Below are positions 19,304 through 28,204 of a stretch of 64,000 bases of DNA, one piece after another. Every line of letters begins with the position of its first letter. The stretch's first letter is position 1. Origin of the DNA: Dehalococcoidia bacterium (GTDB taxonomy: Bacteria > Chloroflexota > Dehalococcoidia > Bin125); the NCBI GenBank assembly GCA_963662615.2, contig CAXXSR010000001.1:704001-768000 (forward strand), given 5' to 3'. The notes under the pieces are model-generated. The model was given only the letters and a program-made list of their open reading frames with translations, did not search any database and was not told where the DNA came from. The position numbers and the translations under genes are program-made.

Positions 19304-20701
19304 CTACGCGCGCGGCGTCACCTCCGGCAGCGACACCTCCGGGTCCCGGCTCAGCACCTCCCAGACGATCTCTCGAATCTCGTCCTGCCGCTCCTGCGTC
19401 TTCGCTTCAAAGCGCACCGTCAAGACGGGCCCCGTGTTGGATGCGCGCACCAGCGCCCAGCCATCGCCGAAGTCAATGCGGGCGCCGTCCACTTCCATCA
19501 CCGGGTACGCCTCACGAAAGTGGCTCACCACCTTCGCCACGACGCCGAATTTCTTGTCGTCCGCTGAAGCCAGCTTGATCTCCTCCGACGTCACATAGCG
19601 CGGCAGATCGGCGAACAGCTCCGACGCCGGCTGGTTGGCCTCCGCCAGCAGCCGCGCCACCAGGCACGCCGCGTAGACCGCGTCGTCCACTCCGTAGTAG
19701 TCCTCCGCGAAGTAGAAGTGCCCGCTCCCTTCGCCGCCCAGCAGGAAGCCCTCGTCACGCAGTTTCCGCTTCACCAGCGAGTGCCCGGTGGGGCCGAAGA
19801 CCGGCTCCCCCCCGTGCGCCCGAATGTCGTCCACCGCCGTCAGCGACATCTTCACGTCCACCAGGATGCGCGCCCCCGGATGCCGCGAGAGCAAGTCCCG
19901 CGCGAAAATCGCCACCACCGCGTCCGGGTCGTGCCGCACGCCCTGTTCGTCCACCAGGCCCATGCGGTCCCCGTCGCCGTCCCAGGCGATGCCCAGATCG
20001 GCGCCGCTCTCCCGCACCGCCTCTCGAAGCCCTTCCATGGTGGCCGGATCCTGCGGGTCCGGCAGGTGCGCCGGAAACGTGCCGTCCAACTCCAGGTTGA
20101 TGCCCTGGACCTCGGCGCCGATGCGGCGCAACGCCTCCGGCCCCGTCAGCGTCGCCACCGCGTTGGCGGGGTCCACCATCACCCGCAGCGGTCGCGACAG
20201 CTTGAACCGCGACGCCAGCAGATCCACGTACTCGGGGATCGCCTCGCGGCTCTCCAGGCCCCCCTCGCCCTCCTCGAAGTCGCCTGCCTCGGCGATCCGG
20301 CGCACCTCCTGAATCTCCTCCGGCGAGAGCGGGATCCCCCGCCGCTCCAGCAGCTTGAAGCCGTTGTATTGCGCCGGATTGTGACTCGCGGTGACGTTCG
20401 ATCCGCCGTCGATCCCCCACGACGCCGCCGCGAAATACTGCAGCGGCGACGGCGACAGCCCAATGTCCACCACTGACACGCCGCTCGCCCGCAACCCCCG
20501 CACCAGGCCGTCGCGCAGCTCATCCGATGAGGGACGGTTGTCCCGCCCCACCACCGCCCGGTCCACCCCGTATGACCGCCGCAGGAGCGTCGCGTACGCG
20601 CGCCCCACCCGCTCCGCGATCGGCCCCGTCAGGTCCTTGCCGGCGACCCCGCGGATGTCGTAGGCCCGGAACATGTGCGGATTGAGCAGCGGCGCCGCCA
20701 T
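19304..20701 (-). CDS. manB: Phosphomannomutase/phosphoglucomutase
   Basis: FRAYDIRG, TASHNP (phosphoserine loop), DGDGDR metal loop, GEGSGH, VRASNT. Confidence 0.92.
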   Translation of the reverse strand: MAAPLLNPHMFRAYDIRGVAGKDLTGPIAERVGRAYATLLRRSYGVDRAVVGRDNRPSSDELRDGLVRGLRASGVSVVDIGLSPSPLQYFAAASWGIDGGSNVTASHNPAQYNGFKLLERRGIPLSPEEIQEVRRIAEAGDFEEGEGGLESREAIPEYVDLLASRFKLSRPLRVMVDPANAVATLTGPEALRRIGAEVQGINLELDGTFPAHLPDPQDPATMEGLREAVRESGADLGIAWDGDGDRMGLVDEQGVRHDPDAVVAIFARDLLSRHPGARILVDVKMSLTAVDDIRAHGGEPVFGPTGHSLVKRKLRDEGFLLGGEGSGHFYFAEDYYGVDDAVYAACLVARLLAEANQPASELFADLPRYVTSEEIKLASADDKKFGVVAKVVSHFREAYPVMEVDGARIDFGDGWALVRASNTGPVLTVRFEAKTQERQDEIREIVWEVLSRDPEVSLPEVTPRA

Positions 20702-20824
20702 CGCCTCATCCGTTCCTGCTGCCTGATCGCTGCGTCGGGGAGGACGCGAGCCGATCGCCGGGCCCTTGCCGGTCACCGCTCGCTCGCCCGCAGTCTACAC
20801 GAACCCGCCACCGCCCCCGATCGC

Positions 20825-20998
20825 CCTGACTTGTCCTTCGCATAGCAGAATGGAGCCTGCCTGTCCTGAGCCTGTCGAAGGATCGCAGGGCCGAAAGGGG
20901 CTGGTCGAACGGCCCATCGCGCGTGCCGCGACAGCCATTGCGATCTCGTCTGACGCTTCGCTGCGGCAAGGCTCGCGCGAGGCCGCGGTCGCTCACCG
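20825..20998. repeat. REP/MITE-like intergenic element, copy A (about 170 bp)
   Basis: CTGACTTGTCCTTCGCATAGCAGAA..GGAGCCTGCCTGTCCTGAGCCTGTCGAAGG...; a closely similar direct copy lies at 21935-22104. Confidence 0.85.
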
Positions 20999-21242
20999 TC
21001 CACTGTCGCCGCGCTGCTTATCACCTCCATGTGCTTGCCGAGCAGCGGGTCGAGGAGCTTCTCGGCTCGGCACCTCCCGGACACGTTTCTCATCGCGCAT
21101 GGTCTAGCATGGAACCCGGTGCTGGGGGGCGTTCTCCCCATGCCCGCCTACATACTGATCGAGCCACCCATCCTAGATGCGACGTGTCGGCCGGCTCAGC
21201 GAAGCATGGCCCCAAGGCGGCCGCGCGAGAGGGAGTGACCAC

Positions 21243-21746
21243 GTGGAACGATGGCTGGGCATGGGGCTGATCGGCCTGGTGCTGCTCATCGGCGCGTGCG
21301 GCGGCGACAACGACAACGGCGCCGACGAACTCAGCCTCAACGAGTATTTCAGCCGCCTGCAGGCGCTCGCCGATGAGGTGAGAAGCCGGGCGGACGGCCT
21401 CGCCGAGCCAGTCAGCTTTGACGACGACGTCGCCGGCGTCTTCAACCAGAGCCTCGACATCTTCCGTGATTTCCTCAACGACGTTCGGGAGCTCAACCCG
21501 CCCAGCGAGGCACAGAGCGCGCACGAAGCCCTCGTCAGCGCGCTGGACCACTTCATCGACGCCAACGAGGACCTCGTCGGCCAGCTTGAGGATGCGAGCA
21601 CCGAGGCGGAGTCCCAGGCCATCTTCGAAAACGTGCCCGCGGAGGCCGAGGGGGCCCCCATCGGCAGCGCCTGCGCGGATCTCCAGCAGATCGCGACCGA
21701 CAACAACATCAGCGTTAATCTCGACTGCGGCAGCGATAACGAGTAG
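21243..21746 (+). CDS. Acidic helical lipoprotein
   Basis: Lipobox LLIGAC followed by GGDNDNG; two further Cys near the C-terminus. Confidence 0.75.
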   Translation: MERWLGMGLIGLVLLIGACGGDNDNGADELSLNEYFSRLQALADEVRSRADGLAEPVSFDDDVAGVFNQSLDIFRDFLNDVRELNPPSEAQSAHEALVSALDHFIDANEDLVGQLEDASTEAESQAIFENVPAEAEGAPIGSACADLQQIATDNNISVNLDCGSDNE

Positions 21747-21749
21747 TGG

Positions 21750-21809
21750 TCCGCAGCAGAGCCGCCCCGCGGGGTTCCGAAGCACATACACCCAGTGCAG
21801 CGGCGACAC
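21750..21809 (-). pseudogene. N-terminal remnant of a GIY-YIG nuclease
   Basis: WVYVLRNPAGRLCCG resembles the YVYILR...GRLYIG start of small GIY-YIG nucleases. Similarity ends at the lipoprotein stop. Confidence 0.45.
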
Positions 21810-21817
21810 GAGCGAAA

Positions 21818-21876
21818 CGGCTCCCCGGGCATCCTTCCGCAGGAAGGACCCGCTCTACTAACTGAGCTACCCCGGC
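21818..21876 (-). ncRNA. Chimeric pseudo-tRNA (Phe-like 5' end, hairpin replacing anticodon/T arms, Asn 3' end)
   Basis: Minus strand reads GCCGGGGTAGCTCAGTTAGTAGAGCGGG-TCCTTCCTGCGGAAGGA-TGCCCGGGGAGCCG. Confidence 0.7.
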
Positions 21877-21934
21877 TAGTCGTCCGCATTGCACCGATCC
21901 GGGACCGAGCCGTCAACTACCGTCCTCCGTTCGT

Positions 21935-22104
21935 CCTGACTTGTCCTTCGCATAGCAGAAGGAGCCTGCCTGTCCTGAGCCTGTCGAAGGATCGCAGGGC
22001 CGAAAGGGGCTCGTCGAACGGCCCATCGCGCGTGCCAAAGCCATCGCGATCTTGTCAGACGCTTCGCTGTGGCAAGGCTCCCGCGAGGCCGCGATCCCTC
22101 ACCG
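21935..22104. repeat. REP/MITE-like element, copy B
   Basis: Direct repeat of 20825-20998. Confidence 0.85.
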
Positions 22105-22397
22105 GCTGACGCTGAGCCTGAAATCGCCAGCACCTGGCACTCCCGCCATTCGAGTGCTAGCCTGCTGCCGCCAATAACCGGTCGAGTGATCTGCCCACGG
22201 CGGCCGCCGTCCTGTGCCGCCGCCGGCTGCGTGCGCTGGTGGTCAGCGAGTGACCGCCGGCCTCCTCGCACCCCGCGGGAGTCAACCCGCCGCACTTGGG
22301 CGTCTCGGCTGCGTCTCCCTCGACGGGCGTGCCCGAGCACGGAATGGAAGCCGCCGTCAGCGGCCTCGCCCGTCGACCCGAGCGATGGAGGTGACCG

Positions 22398-24560
22398 ATG
22401 CAGTGTCTGATCCTTGCCGCCGGGGAAGGGAGCCGCCTGGCCTCGAACGGCGACCTCAAGCCACTCTTCCGCGTCGCCGGCCTCCCCCTCCTCGAGCGCG
22501 CCGTAGTCTCCGCCCACCGCGCCGGGGCGACGGACATCCGTGTCGTCACCGGCTACCGCGCCCCCGAGGTCGAGGCCTTCCTCACCGACCTCACCCAGCG
22601 ACGGGGCATTCCGGTCCAAGCCCTCCGCAATCCCCACTGGCATGACGGCAACGGTCGCTCCGTCCTTTGCGCCCGCGACGAGCTCGACGAGCCCTTCCTC
22701 CTCCTCATGGCCGACCACGTGCTCGACGAGACCATCCTCCACACCCTCGCCGCCGAACCCCTCGCCGCCGACGAACTAGTCCTCGCCGTCGACTCCGCCA
22801 TCGACGATAACCACACCGTCGATGTTGTCGACGCGACCCGTGTCCGCCTCGATGGGACCCGCATCGTCGACATCGGCAAGGGCATCCCCCGCTTCGACGC
22901 CTGCGACACCGGAGCCTTTCTCTGCTCGCCGAGTCTCTTCGATGCGCTCGACGAAAGCCTTTCTGACGGGGACTCCACGCTCTCCGGCGGCGTCCGCCGC
23001 CTCGCGGCCCGCGGCAAGCCCCGCGTCGTGGACATCAACGGCCACTACTGGGTCGATGTCGACACACCGGCCGACGCCGACACGGCCCGGGCGCTGCTGT
23101 ACGCCACCCTGGCCAAGCCAGACGACGGCTTGATCGCTCGCACGATCAACCGCCGCCTCTCCCTGGGCCTCCTGACGCCCTTGCTCCTGCGCTTCCCCGG
23201 CGGGATCACCGCCAACCAGGTCACGCTCCTCAGCTTCCTCGTCGCGGGCGCCGCCGCCGGCTTCTTCTTCGCTGCCCTTCCCCTGCTGGGTGGCATCGCT
23301 GTGCAACTCGCCAGTGTGCTGGACGGCTCGGACGGCGAGGTCGCACGGCTCAAGAAGCAGGAATCCGACTTCGGCCGCTTCTTCGACGCCGTCGTCGACC
23401 GCTACGCGGACGCGCTCATCCTCTTCAGCATGTTCTTCTTCGCCTGGACCAGCGTCGACCTCGAGACGCTCCTGGGCGCCGCGCACGACCCAGTGGCCCT
23501 GGGCGCCGGCCTCCTTGCCATTGCCGGCACCGTCATGGTGAGCTACACCTCCGCCAAGGCGGTGGCCGACCTCGGCTACGCCTACCAGGCTCGCTGGATC
23601 GCGAGCGGCCGCGGCCGCGACCTCCGACTCTTCCTGCTCTTCTTGGGCGGCGTGCTCGCCATCGTCCATCCCCTCGCCGTCCTGATCGCCCTCGTCGCGG
23701 TCGCGATACTGACGAACGCCATCGTCTTGCAGCGTCTGCGCCTCTCCCATGCGCAGACGGGCCGCCCCAACCCCTTCGCGGGCGCCCGGACCTCGGCCAT
23801 CGTGCTCGATTTCGACGGCACGGTCGCCGACACGATGCCGATGCTCACCGCGCTCGCCACGGGGCTGATCACCGAGCGCTACCACGTCCCGGCCGCCCGC
23901 GCCCAACGCCGTTACCGGGACACCACCGGGCTCGATTTCGCCAGCCAGCTCGAGCGGCTCTTCCCCAACCACCCCGCCAACTTCGTCGTGTCGCACCAAT
24001 TCGAGGACGCCAAGCGCGACGAGATCCTCGGGCGCCCCGTTTTCCCCGAAGTCATCTCTGCACTCGCCTTCTTCCGGACGCGCGGTATCCAGACGTTCCT
24101 CTGCAGCAGCACAACGCCCGACATCGTCGCTGCCTACGTCGAGCGCCACCGCCTCGCTGGACACCTGGACGCCACCACCGGCTTCCGGCCGGGCTACCGC
24201 AAGGACGCCCAGATCGCCGGCCTGCTTGAGGCGCACGGCATCTGGCCCGAGGAAGCTGTCTTCATCGGCGATTCGCTCGTCGACGGCGCCTTCGCCCGAG
24301 CGGCCGGTGTCCGCTTTGTCGGCCTGCAGCGCGTCTTCACGGCCGCCGAGTTTCGCGCTCGCGGCCTCGCCAGCGCCGCCGACCTCGCGGCGGTCACCCG
24401 CCTCTGGACGAAGGCGCAAGCCTTCGAGTCCTCGACCCCGCAGGCGATCGCCAGCCGACCGCCCCGCCGACCTTGGTCGGGCCTGACGGCGCTGGCACCG
24501 CCGCTACCGCCGGCGCCCGCGCCGTACCCTTCCCCCGCGACTCCGCCTGATAACGCCTGA
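22398..24560 (+). CDS. Fusion of inositol-1-phosphate cytidylyltransferase-like NTP transferase, CDP-alcohol phosphotransferase (DIPPS-like) and HAD phosphatase
   Basis: ILAAGEGSRL...KPL and WVDVDT; CDP-AP signature DGSDGEVARLKKQESDFGRFFDAVVDRYAD with RDLR; HAD motifs VLDFDGTVADT and FIGDSLVD. Confidence 0.85.
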   Translation: MQCLILAAGEGSRLASNGDLKPLFRVAGLPLLERAVVSAHRAGATDIRVVTGYRAPEVEAFLTDLTQRRGIPVQALRNPHWHDGNGRSVLCARDELDEPFLLLMADHVLDETILHTLAAEPLAADELVLAVDSAIDDNHTVDVVDATRVRLDGTRIVDIGKGIPRFDACDTGAFLCSPSLFDALDESLSDGDSTLSGGVRRLAARGKPRVVDINGHYWVDVDTPADADTARALLYATLAKPDDGLIARTINRRLSLGLLTPLLLRFPGGITANQVTLLSFLVAGAAAGFFFAALPLLGGIAVQLASVLDGSDGEVARLKKQESDFGRFFDAVVDRYADALILFSMFFFAWTSVDLETLLGAAHDPVALGAGLLAIAGTVMVSYTSAKAVADLGYAYQARWIASGRGRDLRLFLLFLGGVLAIVHPLAVLIALVAVAILTNAIVLQRLRLSHAQTGRPNPFAGARTSAIVLDFDGTVADTMPMLTALATGLITERYHVPAARAQRRYRDTTGLDFASQLERLFPNHPANFVVSHQFEDAKRDEILGRPVFPEVISALAFFRTRGIQTFLCSSTTPDIVAAYVERHRLAGHLDATTGFRPGYRKDAQIAGLLEAHGIWPEEAVFIGDSLVDGAFARAAGVRFVGLQRVFTAAEFRARGLASAADLAAVTRLWTKAQAFESSTPQAIASRPPRRPWSGLTALAPPLPPAPAPYPSPATPPDNA

Positions 24561-24592
24561 CCGGACTCGGCACGCGGATCGGCCCGTTCGCC

Positions 24593-24698
24593 CCGACCTG
24601 TCCTTCGCATAGCAGAAGGAGCCTGCCCGTCCTGACCTGTCCTTGCCTTCCAGGGAAGGAGCCTGCCGAAGGGCCGAGCGGCCTGTCCTGACCTTGCC
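24593..24698. repeat. Partial/rearranged REP-like element, copy C
   Basis: TGTCCTTCGCATAGCAGAAGGAGCCTGCC and CCTGTCCTGA motifs are shared with copies A and B. Confidence 0.75.
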
Positions 24699-24714
24699 CA
24701 GAGCGCTTCGCGAC

Positions 24715-25020
24715 CTAGCGATGCTGCTGCAGTGCCTCGACGTATGCATTCTGCGCGGCGATGTGCGCTTCCAGCGCCTCACGCTCCTGCGTCTGCGCCG
24801 CCACGAGCCGATCCAACACCTCCGGCGTGATCTCCCCTGGCTCCGTGCGCGGCCCGGTCGACACGTCGAAGACGGGGAAGAATTTGCGAGTAAGTTCGGC
24901 GTGGAGCTTCTGGGCCTGCATGTACGCCATCATGGCTTCGCGCGACGTGCGGCGCCGGCGTTCAAGTTCTTCGTCGGACACGGTATCTGTCCATTCCTGA
25001 TCGGCAGTGGCACCTACCAA
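24715..25020 (-). CDS. Small helical hypothetical protein
   Basis: Charged amphipathic helical sequence; no family recognised. Confidence 0.45.
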   Translation of the reverse strand: MVGATADQEWTDTVSDEELERRRRTSREAMMAYMQAQKLHAELTRKFFPVFDVSTGPRTEPGEITPEVLDRLVAAQTQEREALEAHIAAQNAYVEALQQHR

Positions 25021-25432
25021 ACGCAGAGATCGGGACCGAGCGATACGGCAGCTACGGGCCCGGCCGGGCGATTCCTCGCCCAGAGTTGGCCAGCCTGCCG
25101 CTCCCCTCTATCGCTGGCGATTCCGTCCGGAACGACCTGGGATGCACGGTCGCGGATCGAACCTGACACGAGACTTTCGAGGAAATCATGAGCCGCCTGC
25201 GCGAGGAGCATACGGCGCGCTGCCCCGTCGTCGCGTTTAGTCATCGCACCCAAGCGTAGCTGCCGCCGGCCTAGCGCGGTCGATACGATCAGTCGCGCCG
25301 CCGGCGTTCAGTCCATCACCGCAGCGGCTGCTCATGCTCCTCAGCAGCAGCGCTGGAGGTCGCGGAGCTGCCCTACCCGGCTACGACTAACAGAGTGACC
25401 TCGCCCTCCTTCGCCCCTAGCTGCTCGAGCGA

Positions 25433-25473
25433 ATGGGTCACTCGTCCCATCGCGAATGGGGCGGGTGCACCTG
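25433..25473 (+). promoter_or_regulatory. Tandem NarL/DevR-type operator
   Basis: ATGGGTC-ACTC-GTCCCAT-N5-ATGGGGC-GGGT-GCACCTG, followed about 20 bp later by TAGTTT. Same architecture as 56722-56762. Confidence 0.7.
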
Positions 25474-25622
25474 TGGCGCTGATGGCGCGCTCGGTAGTTT
25501 CGTATCAGTCGCGAAGGTGCCCGGTGCGGCCGAGCACCCTCGCGGCTCGGCAAGTTCGCGAGCATCGCGGCGCCGACGCCTGGAAACGACGCCTGGAAGC
25601 AATGCCTGGAAGGAGTGAATCG

Positions 25623-26228
25623 ATGTTTCGTAACGGAGTCCCACGGGTGGAGTCGGACGATGACCTGGCCCATGGCCAGAGTGTGATCATCGCCGCGCGC
25701 TGGATTTTGGTCGTCGCCGGCCTCGTGCTGGCGATCTGGAATCCCGGCGGTCTCGTCGAGCTGCAGGTCGCGATCGTCGTGATCCTCGGCCTGGCGCTCG
25801 GCAACTTCGCCCTGCACACGCAAGTCCTCGGGAAGGGGCCGTCAATGGCCCGGGTGGTCTACGCGGCCAGCGTGGCCGACTTGGCGGCAATCTCTCTGCT
25901 GATCATCTCCGGAGGCGGTTTTCCGGCCGCGCCCTACGTGTTCTACCTGCCCGCGCTCCTGGCGATCTCGGTGACGTTCCGCACGGAGGTCATGGCGCTC
26001 TATACGGCGGCGGCGCTGGGCGCGTACGGACTGATCGCCGTCGTCACGGCGAGCGGGGGCGATCTGCTGACGGTGCTGATCGAACTCCTCGTGCTCGCCG
26101 CCGTGCCGGTCTGCGGCAACGTCTACTGGCGCTTGGAGCGCGACCGACGGAGCCGCGCCGGGCAACAGACAGAGGTCGACCCCCTGACGTCGCAGGCCGC
26201 AGAGGGAAGCTGGCCCCGGCCTGCCTGA
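25623..26228 (+). CDS. Membrane protein, stand-alone paralog of the sensor domain of the kinase at 56872
   Basis: AGGAG RBS; about 5-6 TM; ARWILV...GNFALH...ASVADLAAI...FYLPALLAISVTF...LERDRR. Confidence 0.8.
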   Translation: MFRNGVPRVESDDDLAHGQSVIIAARWILVVAGLVLAIWNPGGLVELQVAIVVILGLALGNFALHTQVLGKGPSMARVVYAASVADLAAISLLIISGGGFPAAPYVFYLPALLAISVTFRTEVMALYTAAALGAYGLIAVVTASGGDLLTVLIELLVLAAVPVCGNVYWRLERDRRSRAGQQTEVDPLTSQAAEGSWPRPA

Positions 26229-26258
26229 TCCACTGAGTCATACCACGAGAGGTGAGTC

Positions 26259-26876
26259 ATGCTACGCAACAGGACTACTGCCCAAGAAGCGGCCGAGGAC
26301 ATCTTCTTCGGCCAGCTCGTGATGAACTGGGCCCGATGGTTCGTCATCGGCGCCGCGGCCATCCTGATTCTCGGCACCGCAGAGCGGACCACGGACTTGG
26401 TCTTCGGCATCTGGCCCGTCGTTGGGCTGATGGCGGTCAACTTCTACCTGCATGGGCGCCGCATCGGGGAACGCCCCGCCAATCCGCGCCTGATCATGCT
26501 GGCCAGCGTGCTGGACGTGGCGGTCATCACGGTCGTCATTCTCACCGGGCTGGGCGCCGGCCTGGGCGACGGTATTCACAGCCCCTTCTTCGTCGCCTAC
26601 TACCCCGTTGTCTTGGCCTTCGCCTTCGTCATGCAGCCCCGGACGACCGTCGTCTACACCGTGGCGGTGCTGGCCGCCTACGCGGGTGCATGCGTCCTCG
26701 CCGACGGCACAACGGTGCTCAGCTCCTCGGCCGAACTTGAGAAGCTGGCGGCGCGCCTGATCACGCTCGCGGCCGTGGGCGGCCTCGGGACCTACTTCTG
26801 GCGCATCCAGCGGCGTCGACGCCACGCGCTCTTGGCTGAGGAGCCTGGCGTCGCCAACCACCCGGCGGGTTCGTAG
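26259..26876 (+). CDS. Membrane protein, second stand-alone sensor-domain paralog
   Basis: GAGG RBS; ARWFVI...VNFYLH...LASVLDVAVIT...SPFFVAYYPVVLAFAFV...RLITL...IQRRRR. Confidence 0.8.
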   Translation: MLRNRTTAQEAAEDIFFGQLVMNWARWFVIGAAAILILGTAERTTDLVFGIWPVVGLMAVNFYLHGRRIGERPANPRLIMLASVLDVAVITVVILTGLGAGLGDGIHSPFFVAYYPVVLAFAFVMQPRTTVVYTVAVLAAYAGACVLADGTTVLSSSAELEKLAARLITLAAVGGLGTYFWRIQRRRRHALLAEEPGVANHPAGS

Positions 26877-26910
26877 AGCGAGGAACGGTTGCGAGCGGGA
26901 CGACGTCGCT

Positions 26911-28140
26911 ATGAAAATCCTGCGCCATCTCACCCCTAAGTCCCGCGGCTGGCTGGACTCCCTGCTGGCGCCGGCCGCGGATCCGCGCCAGACCTTCGCC
27001 GACGTGGTCCAACGCCAGCAGGATCTCCTGGCCCGACTGCGCCAGGCGCGAACGAGCATCGCGGTGTCGCGAGAGCGACTGGAGGCCAAGATCGCGGAAG
27101 GACGGAGCAAACTCGCGCTCCTGGAGGAGCAGGCGCGCGAGCCGGGGCGCGATGACCTGACCCCCTTCGTCCTCCAGCTCCGCCGTCGCGCCGCCGAGGA
27201 GATCCACGCGCTGGAAGCGGAGCTGCGCACGCTGCGGCAGGAGGAGGAAGTCCTGCCGCTGGTGGAGCAGCGCCTCGTGGCCGAGATCGATGCCCTGCAT
27301 GCTCGCCGAGAGGTCCAGGCAGCGCGTCACAGCAGCACTGAGGCGCAGGTGCGCGTGCAGGAAGCGCTGGGCGGCATCGCCGAGGAAGTGGCCGGCCTCA
27401 GCCTGGCCCTGGAGCAGGCCGAGCAGCGAACCGAGCAACTCCAGTCCCGGGCGTCGGCGATCGACCAACTCGTCGAACTCGGGCTTCCGCAGGCGCCGGG
27501 CCGCTCCACCGGCGACCCCGCTGCACGGCGGCTGGCGCTTCGCTTCTCGTTCGAAGCCGGCAACGAGGAGATGGGGCAGTTCCAAGAGCAACTCCAGGCC
27601 GGGCTGCAGGTGGTGCAACAGCTCATCTACGAGTACGAGCAGCTCAAGCCGGTGCTGGTGCGTCGCCGCGCCACCGATTCTCTCTCCGTCGCCTACGTCC
27701 CCGCCCTCGCCGAGGAAACATACCGCCAGGGCATGAGCGTGCTCGAGCACGCGCTGGAACTTGCGCGCGCGCTGCGCTCACCCGGGACGACGGATCTCGA
27801 CGCCGACATCGCCGCGCTGGAGCGCGAAGGCGAAACGGCCCAGCGCGAAACGGCACAGCGCCAGGCGGCGCCGTCCGAACCCGCGCCAACCCTGCCCAAC
27901 ACGCTGGCGACCCTGACGGAGCGGCGGGATGCCCTGCGACGCCACCGCGCGCGCGTCGATGAGCTCATCCGCCATGCCGGCCGCTGTCAAGCGTCGCTGC
28001 AGCAAGCGCGGATCGAATTGGCGAGCCTCAACGCCAGCAATTCCGCGGCCGGCGTCAACGCCGTCACCGCGACGTTAATGAACACCCTCCAACAGGCCCG
28101 CGAGGTCCAGGAGGAACTGACCAAGGACGGCGCTGGCTAG
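26911..28140 (+). CDS. PspA/IM30-like coiled-coil protein with an extra C-terminal helical domain
   Basis: AADPRQTF...LARLRQARTSIAVSRERLE...GRDDL...AQVRVQEALGGI...AEQRTEQLQSRASAIDQLVELG follows the PspA pattern; about 200 extra helical residues follow. Confidence 0.7.
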   Translation: MKILRHLTPKSRGWLDSLLAPAADPRQTFADVVQRQQDLLARLRQARTSIAVSRERLEAKIAEGRSKLALLEEQAREPGRDDLTPFVLQLRRRAAEEIHALEAELRTLRQEEEVLPLVEQRLVAEIDALHARREVQAARHSSTEAQVRVQEALGGIAEEVAGLSLALEQAEQRTEQLQSRASAIDQLVELGLPQAPGRSTGDPAARRLALRFSFEAGNEEMGQFQEQLQAGLQVVQQLIYEYEQLKPVLVRRRATDSLSVAYVPALAEETYRQGMSVLEHALELARALRSPGTTDLDADIAALEREGETAQRETAQRQAAPSEPAPTLPNTLATLTERRDALRRHRARVDELIRHAGRCQASLQQARIELASLNASNSAAGVNAVTATLMNTLQQAREVQEELTKDGAG

Positions 28141-28204
28141 GCCCTGCGCCGTGGCGCATCACGGATCAGCGAGTGGATCTGCACTCGCAATGGAGGAATA
28201 TCCC

